A DNA stretch of 64,000 nt from Chrysomallon squamiferum (taxonomy: Eukaryota > Animalia > Mollusca), in assembly GCA_012295275.1 (NCBI GenBank), contig CM022665.1:5084001-5148000 (forward strand), read 5' to 3'. The position numbers and the translations under genes are program-made. The notes under the pieces are model-generated. The model worked only from the letters and a program-made list of their open reading frames with translations, searched no databases and had not been told where the DNA came from. Shown one piece after another: positions 12,701 to 26,318 of the stretch (position 1 is its first letter; every line of letters starts with the position of its first letter).

Positions 12701-13714
12701 AAAGAAAGCTGAATAAAATACTATCTGACAAAAATATAAAAAAGAATTGTAATGGAGAAAAAATTGCTAAAACAACACTGGACAAAAATAAATGTGATGA
12801 TGATGATGATCCGTACAGTGCTTCAACACAACCTGATCAAGGATTAATGTCCGAGGCATTCAGCAAAATAAAAGATTTGAAAATCAGTAGTACACAAGTT
12901 ACAACAACTGATATATTTGATGCTGAAACACAGATTGATAAGGTATCAGATGGACATAATTTTCCTAATCAGTATATTTATACAAACCATATTCCTGCTA
13001 ACAATGACAAAAACTCAAAACTACTTGATGATAAAAATATGGATGTCTATGATGAAACAACTGATATATTTGATGCTGAAACACAGGTTGATAAGGCATC
13101 AGATGGACATAAGTTTCATAATAAGTGTATTTATACAAACCATATTCCTGCTAACAATGACAAAAACTCAAAACTACTTAATAAAAATATGGATGTCTAT
13201 GATAAAGCAACTGAGGTTGACACTGTTGTTGACCAAGAGAACATAAATACAAATAGAGTTCCTTTGGACAGCACTGAGTTGTGTGTCAGTTTAGATAAAT
13301 CACAGGCACATTCCAGCAGAAAGCGGAAACCCTCTACAGATTTAGAAACAACTCTGAAAGAACTAAAGCAAAAACACATTCAGCAGAGAACACTGAAGGT
13401 AACAGAGCCACAAAAACTCAAGAGTAAAAAGGAAATCAGAGAAAGTGTTAAGAGTACTGCATCTTTTTCTCCCACCAGTTCTGTGAGTGACATTGTCATT
13501 GTTGATGATGATCAGTGGCTGTCAAAGGCAACTGGGACAAAACGTAGAGTAAAGGAATGTGTCAGAGTTAGAAAGAGGAAGAAGAGCAAAACTGATGATG
13601 AAGTTTCACTCACTCAGAAATTCAATGATGCAAAAAGGCAGCTCAAGAGCAGAGAAAAGGTACCTGCTGAAAAGATTCCAGCACCTGCCGTAAAACATTT
13701 AAGAAAATCTGTAG
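9787..13714 (+). CDS. Giant first coding exon of the senataxin-like gene (3928 nt), acidic/Ser-rich disordered region with TQ motif array
   Basis: 1335-aa ORF with an in-frame upstream TAA at 9754. Donor G|GTAAGT at 13714/13715 joins in phase 1 to exon 14287. Confidence 0.88.
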
Positions 13715-16237
13715 GTAAGTGTAATATTGATTGGTATACCATGTTCATTGAGAATATCAGGATATTTTTTGTACAGCAATGCTGTAAACTATGATTGCAC
13801 CATGCTTTATTTTTTAAATCCACCATAATTAGCACTTTATTATCTAAGCATTTTAATATTATTGTTCATATTAAAAATACATAATTTACATTTAATGTAC
13901 TAGATATGACAGTATTATGGCCTGAGTATTCTTCTTAGAAACATAGAACATTTAAGATATGTTCAGTGGCTGTTTTATCTTTAAAGCATATTGAATAATT
14001 TTGAATTGTTAATAGATTGTATATATTGTTTTTCACAAACTTGCCCTGGCATTTAGAATAAATCTCTTGATATATTTTGAGAGTAGTTAACTAAATAATG
14101 ACAGTTTTGTTTTAATTAGGTACATCAAACAGCCTGTATTCATCAATATTTAATTAAATAATTAGTAATGTTAAAGGTTTATGATTTCATATAGATATAT
14201 ATCATTATATATGTTTAATTTTAACATCAACATCAGTTAAAACATGCATTCCTCATTTTTGTAATAACATTTTAAAATGTGTGCAGATGTTCAGGCCAGC
14301 TGCTCAGATGTTAAGCTTCCAGATGCTGAAGAAATAATGTCAAAAGGTCTTCCATTACTTTCTGCCAATGTTCCAGTCGATAAGCTCTACAGACACAAGA
14401 ATACACTTGATGCAAACAATATGAACAATGTTGAAAGTCATACTTCAGTAAACAACAAACAGCCTGAGAGATTTGCTTCACGAACTGCCAGAATGGCACA
14501 CACTATGCTGGACAAGGGTCCAGTTCCAGTGATTACAGAGAAAAGTACGGACATTTCTGTACATGACACCACAGCTGATATAGATTTTCTGTTTGGTGAT
14601 GGTGACAGTACTGTGAATCAGTCAAAGGACAGCAGTGTTGTGGTTTCAGAAAGTTCAGCAAGTCATAAAAAGCATGAGCTTCTTTCAAATTGTAAATCAG
14701 CTGAAAAGGATTCAGTGAAAAAACAGAAGACAAATAGTTCTTATCCTTTAACTAAAGCAAATCATGACAGGAAGTATGACAGTAAATCTTCAAGGAAGGA
14801 GTCAGAAGTAAAACACAGGTCATCCAGTTCTGACAAACATAAACATTCTCATTCATCAGTAAGTGAAAAAAAACTAGTACATGTTAGAAGCTCATCAATT
14901 TCTCATACAGGAAAAACCTCATCATTTTCATCATCAGTAAAACATTCAAGCTCTGTGACTTCTGAAGTGAAACATTCATCTGCCAAGGATTCAGGACAGA
15001 GATGTAAGGATAGATCATCTTCAGTCAGTGAAACTGATACAGCCCATTGCTACGGACTATCTAAATCTGTGGCTTCTAATAGAAATGAGACGACAAACAG
15101 AAAATTTGAAAAAGAATCAGACAAGCAAGAATTACACACAAAAGAAAGCAGTGCTGCAAAAAGAACAGACAAGTGTGATTTATCAAAACAAGAAAAAAAG
15201 TCATCTTTAGCACCTAAAAGTAAAAGCCCAACTGCAAATAAACCAGTAAATGATAGCATTGTTGATAAATCTTCAAGAATTGCTGAACAAGTAAAGAGAT
15301 CAGCAGCACAGAAAAAACATGTTACTTTTGATTTGGTTAATAATATAACATCACAGTCAACGTTGTGTTCCAGACAGCCCGAAAGTAGTATGATTAACAA
15401 ACAAAATAAAAACAGTAATTCTGGATGTGTTAAAAGCCCCACTGAGGATTACATAAACAAAATGATGAAGGTAATTCCTTATTATTTATATCTGGTACCA
15501 ATTTAATCTCATTTCAAAAATTGGTACAGCATACATAACTATCAGCTTTGTGTATGTTGTTATGCATTGTTGTTTGAACATTATTTTTACATTTGTTTAT
15601 GATATTACATTTTCAAAATACTGTTTAACCACTTAGTCAGCCTGAGTAGTTAAAATAATTCAGTTTAAAACCGAGTAGCAATTGCAATGTCCAAATAAAT
15701 AGGTGATCTTGTCAGATACTTTAGAAAAGCATAGTGATTCAAAAGCATAAAATAAACTTATTTTAAATATGTGGTTGGTAAATAGGTCTGATATTTCAAA
15801 AAAGGTCAGCAGTTTGTATAGTGATTCAGATGCACCAAAAACTTATTTATATGTAAATATGTAGCTGGTAATGCTGACATTTTGTTAAAATTTAGTAGTT
15901 TGTATAGTCATCCAGCAGCATCAAAAATTTATTTGTGCATAAGTATGTTGCTGTTAAAATCTTGTTTTTTCCTTCAAATTTATTTCATAGCCTCGGCCTC
16001 CTCAACTTCAAATCTGTGATCCTCGTACACTGGCCAGACAAAGGACCATAAAACAAACACCAGGCGACAGAGGAAGACTGATAGATTTTCAGTATTTTCA
16101 GTTGCAGATACTTAACTGGAATCCAGTGTGGTTGATCGAACAAGGTTTAACTTGTCTTTATATATACTTATTAATTCATCAATTCATTCATTCATTCATT
16201 CATTTATTCTGTTTTGTTTTGTTTTGTTTTGTTTTGT

Positions 16238-16272
<35 letters not shown>

Positions 16273-19200
16273 TTTTAATCTTTATTATCTAAGACATTCA
16301 TTACTATATTGCAACTTTTGTTTTATTACCAGAGCATGTTTTTTGTTTTTGTTTTTTTTTGTTGTTGTTTTTTAATTAATTTTTTTCATCATTGTCATTT
16401 TTATCTGTTGTATACATGCAGGACAATACTGGTTCTTGAATTTTGTAATTTTTAAATCCAGTTCTTCAGTATTCTAGAAAAAAAAGGATTAAAGCAATGA
16501 AAGACGTTTAAAAGTTGTAGTTCCATTAATTTAATATTGTGATGGCAAAAGTAGCCATTACCATATATTCCAGATACTGTTGATGAAACTATTGATCTTT
16601 TTTGCTGGAAATGTCCACAAAATGCATTTCCAGATGTAAGAATGGTGTATTTAAAATACTGACATACTAGTCCACATCTGTCTTTCTAAAAGTACTTTAA
16701 GGTGAGCAACCACTGAAAGAACAAATTATAAAAATGTGGGGGTTTGTTTTGGTTTTTGTTTGGGGGGGGTGAATGTCAGAATTATATTTTTGAAATAATG
16801 AAAATGGTTTTATTATTGAGAAGGTAGGAATGATAATGAAAGAACATATATATATATATACCTTTACAATCATATCTTTTCTTCTTCTTCCCCTGCATTG
16901 AGTTTGATCATATTTTAGAATATAGCACTTTCACACTCTCTTGTTCATCACATTTTAACTGTTGGGGTGTAATTAAGCATTTATTCTTTAAGAAGCATTA
17001 TGCTTGTAGAAAGTGTAAATAAAAACTGAATTGATGCATTCTTAAACTGGTGTGGAGAAACTTCATCACTGACCTTAGCACAATCAAACATGACAGACAG
17101 TGATGATGGTAACGATTCTTAAAATGTTTAGAAAATAATATGAATCTAGGAAAAAAAAGTCACAACCATAAACAGAAAATTAAAGCTTCTGTCACTCAGA
17201 GTTTTTGTGAATGTTCTTTATTTTCAATGTTGGTGGTTTAAACAGATTTTCCAGTTGATTCCATAGAGAAATTCTGCCACAGTCTTGTATGCTGTCATGC
17301 CACATTCTTTTAATTCAGTAATCTGCAAACTCATACATTTTGATATATAAACATTTTTTGTTCCTATACTAAACTGTGATTTTTTTTCTGTGACTATTTT
17401 TCATGTGACCTTTTTTCCCAGTCACAAATAACATATTAAAATTAAAATTAAAATTAAAATTATTGTTGTTGTTGTTATCATTACTATCATCATCATCATT
17501 ATTATTGTCATTATAATTATTATAATTTTTGTTTTTCTTTTTTATTTATTTATATTTTCTATTTATTATTTAAATCTGTTTTCAGAAAAACCAGAACTTG
17601 TAGATCACCCAGTGCCTATCCTGAATGCCAATGACAAGGTTTACCCATTACTTGAGGAATACACAAGTATTGAGGAATACCAAAGGATTATGACCAATCT
17701 GCTGCTGATAGAAACATGGGCTATTGTGAGGGTCTTCTTAATAAATAATGTATCATTTTGCAACCATAACAGAGACAATAATGTATCTGGAAATAGGCTC
17801 AACACATACACACCACACAGACACAGACACAACACACACACAACACACACATACACATTGAGACAAAAACAGAGAGACAGAAACTGTATAAACATAAAAC
17901 CAATTAAGTCATAAAATTAATTGAAAGAATGCAAATTCATATTATTCACATTAATAACATAACTTAGTTATTTCAGTGTTTTGTCCATGTATGGTTATTA
18001 AAACAAAACCAAAATTCTAATATATTTATACAATGCAACTGGAAAGGACATTATTGTGGGTTAAAAATAAATGAACTGTCAGTTACTCCAGAAAGTTGTA
18101 TGTCATATGTTACTAAAACAAAGAAGAATGAATGAATGAAAACATTTAACATGCTAATCAGAGCAAGCTATTAACAGGTACATAATAAAGATTAAAATTG
18201 CAATATATTTATAAAACAACTGTAGCACAATTCATGTTGTTTAAGACAGACTAATTATTTTCTAATAATGTGCCAGCCAGTGTGACCATTGCAAAGTCTT
18301 TGGCCATGTTGTAACAAATTGACATGATCCACTGCACAGAAACAGTCAACCACTGTCTCATTTTTATTGTTAAAAGGGAGGTCTTCACATTAATTTCGTG
18401 TCACACTTTAGTCTGTTCACTGTCATTTGCATTAATTGTTAATTTCATGATTTACAGAGTGGTATGTGTATGTGTGCTTTTCTGAATCCAGTTACTTGAA
18501 ACTAATTTCTGTTTTAGAAATATAAAAAATGGCTTTCCTGAATAATGATTGTAAGATGTAAAATGTTTTCTTTTTTTACTTCAATATTTAATTAGCTAGC
18601 TGATAAACACACTGTCTAGAAATTAAAATGTAATTCATACATGACACACGTATGCTTTTTGTATTTTATGTTTCTGTCAGTGTGTGTGTAATTTATTTAT
18701 TTGTTTTTTAATTATTCAGTCTTGTTTATCTCAATGAGAAATGAAATTTAATAATAATGAAGTGTTATTAAACATTTGCCACTAATTTTGAAATGATGAT
18801 AATATTTTAATAAAAATCCATTATTTATTGTATTATTTGTATAGATTTCCAAAGAATGGAAAGAGAAAAATTGTACATTAAAAACAGGTCAAGCCTTCTT
18901 TTCTAGAGAGGAATGCAAGGAGAGCCCTGAACTGGCTGTATACAGTTACACTGGTATGATTGTTTTCTTTTAAATTTTGGTATATCTGTTCTGGCTGGTA
19001 TTTAGTCAGATTCACAAAAGCACTTTAGGTATAACTGTTGTTGTTATTTTTATTTTTATCATCATTTTAAGCATGATCATCGTCATCATTTTTATTATTA
19101 AGACTGTGTTTAACATAAGGCAAGGCTTTTGTCATTATCATTAACAAAGATGACTGTACTGTTATTTTTAGTTCTGCTATAACAAATCCAGACACAGGAA

Positions 19201-22200
19201 AAGTGAAATTAAAAACACTGATTTTTTTATGTCTTTGTCAGACATTGTTATTATGCCTTATAAACTGAAACAGTGGTAGTTTAGACAATCAGTGTTCGAG
19301 AATACTGAATGTATTTATTTAAATGTTACTAATATGTATTTATAATTATTTTTTTAATTAATTTAAAAAAATCAAATACCTACTGACCTGTTAAGATAGT
19401 GTTAAAACTTTATATATAAAATTGCAATTTGTTTTCATTTTTTTTAATTAATGTTTCTTTTCTTTTCGTTTTCTTTTTTTCTTCTTCTTATTATTTTTTG
19501 TTTGTTTTCTAGGTCTTTTGACAAAAGAGAAGTTCTTGCGTCGCCATTACCCAATGGACGGAGATATTATTAAAATGGAAGTTTGGGTTAAATGGCTAGT
19601 AAACTGTAAGATAAAATCAGAATCCAGCCACAAACCATATATTCAGATGGGTTACATTAAGCAGTGTTATGTTAAGCCTATAAAAGATCTGAAAGCATTT
19701 TTGAAGGCTCATCCTAAACTGAGTGAGTAGTTCATTTTGTCATTTTAATAATGTAGTCTTCGCAGGAAAACATGTTCACATTAACATTGCAGTTTTATTT
19801 GCCAAAATATTATTTCATAGCAGCCTTGAATAATAACTCTGAAGTATAAAGAATTTTGTTTGTTCACTGACATACTCTGCTGCAGGTATGATTTAAACAG
19901 CAAGTTGATCCAGATTTTCCTGCATAGGCCACATTTTCCTTTATCATTACAAAAATAATAATAATAAGAATAATAATAATAATAGACCCTAACCATGTCA
20001 GATCATCCAGTGGTTGAAACATCATTCCCTCTGAGTTTGCTGAAAATTGGTATCTGAAAATTGATGCTGAAAAAGCTGATATTTCCATTTTTAGCATGAT
20101 CAGCCCAGTGGTTTCTGATGTATGGCCTTTTCAGTTCTGGAAATTTTAACAGTAATGTATGTGTCTGTCTGCCTACATTCAAATGGCCATAGCTCAGTAA
20201 CCAGTTGATCAGTCTTGATGAAATGGGTATTTCTAGAAAGGTGATTTAACACAAGTCAGATGGGTGAGGTTTAATTTTTTCCATTAATTGGGGTGATTTT
20301 AACACAGAATGACCCAATAATCTACTACTAATCACAGTAACAGTAAAAGCAGAACTAATAATAAGAGTATACAGTTATCTACATAAATGTTCTTTTCTTC
20401 TCAGGATCTGATTCAACTGGTGAAATGTATGAACTTAACATGAAAATTGGCTTTCGGCTTAAAAAGTATGCACTACAGTCAGAAAAACCAATGACATATA
20501 CGGTAAAAGATGTTTTGATTAATTAGCAAATTAGTTAATTCAATGTTCCTCTGATCATAAGTCAACCACTACCATCTAAATGTGTTGTTTTTATTTTTTA
20601 TTTATTTATTTATTTTTTCATTCAGATAATAATAAATTATTGAAATAAAATAACAAGTTTACAGTGATTCATAAAGGTTAATACCATCTGGTCATTTCAT
20701 ATAAAGAAATCAATTTTTTTTTTTTTTTAATTTTAAAAAAAGTTCTTAAAAACCCTGATACGGTTTAGTAAATAATTGCATATTTTTTTTTTCAACTGAA
20801 ATATTCCTTTGAAAACAAAGGATTAGAATATTCCATTGTTATAATTATCTTTCTGGGGTTTTTAAAATTTTATTATCATATTTTTAAAATGCTGTGTTGA
20901 ACCTCTGTTAAAAAAATATTTATAATAATTTAAAAAAAAAAAAAAAAAAAAATCCCTTGGTTATTTTTATGCATGTAAAACTGGAATGATGAGTTACTGT
21001 TGGGATGTGAAATGTAAGAAAAGCAAATAATCAACAAAGAAAAAAAAAAATTAAAAAGTAGGAAAAACAAATGCATATAATAATGAAAATACATGTCTCT
21101 TTTACAAATTTGTGTCTTCAGGTACTCTGCTCTATTACATCAGAAAAGAGAAAATTTTTGGCCTTGGCATCACTACCAAGAAGTCCTTTGAGAAGTCATA
21201 TTCTTGCACCATCTGACAAGGATGTTTTCTTTCATAAAGTTCCTACACATGTGAATCTGTCTCAAAAAGTACTACAGACTAAAGTGCAATTTTAAAAAAT
21301 CCTATTAATTATAATTTAATTTCCACTGTAGATAAGATAACGTATTCCTGTTTTTTTCCCCATTTTAAAATGTAATCATTATTTCATTATTTTAAGCAAT
21401 AAGTTAAAAAATTGTTTATTATTATTATTTTATTTAAATCTTAAAATGTAATGATTAATTCATTATTTAAGAGGATTTGTTTTATTTTTTTTAGAATTGT
21501 AACAAGCAAATTTTATTTAAATTATATTTTTTTATGTATAATCTTACAATTTCATTTATTTTTATATTTTTTCATTTTATTTTTAAACAGATTAAACAAT
21601 GATAGACCTATCCATATCATAAATTTTATTATGATTTTTCTTTTTTCATTATTACACATAATTTAATACACCAGGCAATGGTATCACGAGAAAGTATAAC
21701 TTCTCTTTTTCTGTTACAGAGTCATTTCAACAGTTCTCAGATCAAAGCAATAGAAGCATTCACTTGTTCAATCAAACAGCCATCAGACAAACCTAAGATA
21801 TGCATACTGCAAGGTCCACCTGGAACAGGCAAGACAGACACCATCATTGGTTTGATAAGTCGCATTGTAAAGGTATGTGTGTTTTTCTTTTTCTTTCTTT
21901 TTTTTAAAACCAAAGTCTATCAAATAACATACAGGATTGCCATTAGTAAAAATTTGCATTGTGATGTAGAAGAATACAGTGAAGAATAAGTTTATACAGT
22001 TATTCTGGATATTCCTGATCTCTTTGCATTATCAAACTGTATAAAATCATTTATATTTAAGATTACTATGAATGGCAGTTTGTATATAAGATGTGACTGA
22101 TACAGGAGTGTATGGTTATTCAGAAAATTCATCAGCTTGTGTTATGAAAACTTGGCTCTTTGGATGCTTAGGTTTTCCTTAGACCATCACCAGCTCTGGA

Positions 22201-25200
22201 CACATTACTTTCAGTTTAGTGATTATATATATTGTCTGAAATTTTCAGGAATTACACATATTTCCTGTAACACACACACACACACACACACTGCATGAAT
22301 ACACAAATACACATTCACACACATACACCTTGTGTTATGAAAACTTTTGAAAATGAAATCCACCACCACCATTCCATGAGATACTCTTACTGAATGATAG
22401 CAAGTGATTGTTTTCCCAAGTATTTTCTTCCACAGATTAAAAAAGCACGTCTATGATCTTTGATGAACCGATCAAACAGAAATAGCCCATTTGGCACTTT
22501 AAGGAGTATTCATAATGCTGTGATCTTACAAATGTGAAGTATAAAGCTTAATTCATTTCTTTGTAGGAGACCGGTGGGAAAGTGTGTCTGGTGACTCCTT
22601 CTAATGCTGCAGCAGATGAGCTCATGAGACGACTGATCAACAGAAACAGAACAATGCAAAATGGAGGTACACAAATTTCACTTTGCACATTAACTCTTCT
22701 TCTGTTACATTAAGAAAATACCCAAGACAAGAAAAACTAAGAACAAGGCTGTGGAAAAGTAGTGTCCACAGGAACTTTACTGTTAGCATTTTTGCAGCTT
22801 TCATTTGTGAATATACTGAAAACGAAATCTGAATACAATTCAGGGTCAAAAAGAAAAAAAACAAGAAAAGTACTTGCCAAATTAAAAAATCTGTGTCACT
22901 CTTTAAGATCTTACTAGTTTCCTATGGCTGTTGGCTCCACTTCTTGATATTTTTAAGATCAACCCATATTATTGATTACCACTGCATCAGTAAGTAATCT
23001 ATTTGAAGAATTTGCTAAATTTGTTATAGCAGTAAGCATTTTCTAAAAACACAGAATATTTTGTAATATTTAGATACTAACTTATTTTACAGTAACATTT
23101 GTTAACATTTGTTAAGTGTATTCATATGCAGACTGGGTTATACATTTCACAAAATATTTACTTCAGTTATAGTACACCTTTCTCCACCATTCTATTAGGA
23201 TATCATCAAAACAATGGCATTGTCTCTAGCAATTGAATTTATGTGAATTTTGGCATTTTGAATTATGTAACAAGTTGCATTGTAGTTTCCTTTAAACTGT
23301 AGTATTTCAGTGAGTTCAAATTTTAGGTGAAAGATGTTAATTACAATATACAATTTTACCTCTTTTTTTTCTTTTTTTTTTTTTTTTTTTAAGGTTTGAT
23401 TTAACATTTTTAGTGATTGATTAAAAAAAAAAAAACAGTTAAATTACATTGCTTCATAGGGTAAGATAATAAGACAAATAAAATTCAGATTACATTACTG
23501 TGAAATGAAACCTAAAGCCTCAACAATGTGTAGTGCTTATATTGCAGCTTATTATAGCAAGTGTTAAATATTTACAGACAATGAGCATCATCTCAGTCTT
23601 GTTCGCATTGGAAGCAAAGATAGCATTCAATCAGATGTGAAACCATACTTCTTGGAGGAGAAGATTTCTAAATGTATAAAGCATGGTGAGATTTAAACTT
23701 GACATACACATTTCATTTCAATTGCATTTTATATATATATATATATGATATATAACATATATACCAAACATGTACTAAATATGTACTACATATCAAATAT
23801 ATATATCACACAAAGAAACAACTTCTGTTTTGATATAATGAGGTAACATTAGAATTGATATTTTTATCATTTCCAAAGTATTTTATATATAAAATGTATA
23901 TCAAATATATAAACACAAATGGATGGGATGTGTGGTGAATGGTATAGTATTAAGAAGAGACACAACTGCTTTGCTTGATTAATGTTTCTTGCAACTCCTA
24001 TTGAGTATCATGCAGTTGTTTTCCAAATTTGAGAAGCATTTCAAACTTAAATGATTAACCTCTCATGAATTACATAAAAACAAGATACTTTATTTTGCCA
24101 ATTTTGTTGTGTTTAAACCTTAACTGTTTGGAATAATGCAACTCATTCCAATAGTTCCTGCCATTTTTGTTAACACTGGTCTGGTACTTAAGGAATAATT
24201 ATTTATAAATAATAATTTATTGGCTGTGATCATGTTTCATTTATATATGATGTAAACAAGTATCCTGCATTGTTTGAATGTACGTGGCCACATAAAGTTT
24301 AACCAAATACTAACTTACGGCTGGGAAAAATGTGCTCCCATAGGCTGATAAAATCAGCTGTGAAGGAGAAAATTATTTGCTGCCATGTTGTGAAGTTTAG
24401 TTTTGAGGTCTGTCATGTCATGTATAACAGCAGACAAAAAATGTTTTAATTGAAATCTTTCTGTGTTGTATTATGTTACAGACACCATAATCTGGTTATT
24501 TTCATTGTTGTTGTTTCTCATTAAGTAATTTACTTTTGTTCAGAGCAGAGAAGGCTGTATCAATTGATGAAACCAGAGGGTGTTCGTGACCATGAAAAAC
24601 GACTCAGAGACAGGATTGAAGAATGCAGAAAAAAACGTTACAAATTACTTGAACAGCACAGGAAAACTGAGGTTTGTCAACCTTGTTACATAAATTACCT
24701 GACTGCATTCTAAGAAACTTTAGCAAGTTTTGTGTCTATGTGTAATTGATGCTGGAAGTAAGAAAAATCTCACTAGACATTGACATATTTTAAAACTCTA
24801 AAAAATTCCTTGGGGAAATTATTGAATCACTTACTTAAAAAGCTGTTCCTCATCTTTATTTATTTAATTTTTAATTTTTTTTTTTTTTTTAATATTTAGT
24901 TGCAGATGGAAATGAAACTTTTTGCAAATGTGACTTAATTCTGAAACAAGTATTTATTTTTTCAAGATCATTTTCTATATTGCAGGCAGAGAGATGTTTA
25001 CAAGAACTCTGTAAGCTGCGGAAAGAACTGGCATTATTTGAAGATCAGAGTGAAATCAACCCAAATCAGGTAATGTCACTGTAAAAAACATACTATTTTG
25101 TATTCTGTTGTATTATAGTCTTTATTTCTTCATCTTGTTTTATTTTGGGTTTTTTTTTTTACTACAAAATCCATTATGTCTACTTATTTTAACTTACGGG

Positions 25201-26287
25201 GAGGTCCATAATTAACTACAGAGTCGGTCATTAATTTAACAAACATCAGAAGAAACTATAATGTATTCCAAACACAAATGGAAGCTGAAAAGTCATTGTA
25301 CAGGCAGAAAATCCTTAATCGAAAATGATTGGGACTGGGAGGGTTTCACATTTTGGAATATAAGGAAATAGCCTGAAAATAGGATCTAAATCTAAATACA
25401 AATTCCATATATATTTCATGTACAGCTTATATAAGTAGCTGGAGGATTCTATATAAAATACTTTTAATAATTTTGTGCATAAAATAAAGCTTGTGTATGC
25501 AACACAATCTGAAAATTATAAGATATTAAAATTTCTGCTGCTCAGAAAAAGTTTTTGGATTTCAGAGCTTTTTGCATTTCAGAATTTCAGTTAAGGGATT
25601 CAACTGATTTATTCTTTATCAGTCATGACTGGGCCACTTCAGACTGTGATGTTCTAATGAATTCGTTGTATGGTTAATTATGGGCCACACAATATATCCC
25701 AAATGATCATTTTCTGACAACTTAGTCAGCACTGCCTAAAAAAAAATACCTTAAACAAAAATAAAAACAAATATGCCATGGTATTCATGCTTAGGTATGT
25801 GCATAACCCATGCTTTGAACTAGAAGTCAAATATATTTTCAGGATGTTTTGTGAAATGTCACTCTTGTCATTTTGATTCCATTTTTTTTTTTTTTTTCAG
25901 TTGCCCAGTCTGACTATGGAAAAGGAGATTGAGATTAGTAGAAATATTATATTCAAGGCCAATGTTGTGTGTGGGACACTGAACAGTTTTGGCAGTCAGA
26001 AAATTTTAAAGCTTTTCAGGGAAAGAAACAAAGCACACACGAGTTTCCAGTGCATAATAATAGATGAGGTATGCTTTAATATCAGATTAATGTTAGTTTA
26101 CTTTTGTAACTTTTGTTTTAATAACGTAGTCACAAGAATGACTAGCAGCAAAGGCAGATGGAATGAAATCCAGTATGAACTGATAATTTAAAATTATAAA
26201 ACATTTACTGTTATATTTTATAGTATTGTATAAATATGATAGATGTTTTGACATTATTATTATGTTGTTGTTGGTAGTGTTGTGGGG

Positions 26288-26318
<31 letters not shown>

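Noticed and set aside
9765-15442. Antisense and alternate-frame ORFs overlapping the large helicase exons
   Set aside because: Expected shadows of long coding exons with no independent evidence.
9787-15470. Stand-alone MDC1 or ZGRF1 gene call for the large ORFs
   Set aside because: No FHA, BRCT or GRF zinc finger is visible, and the exons splice in phase into a Sen1-type helicase core.
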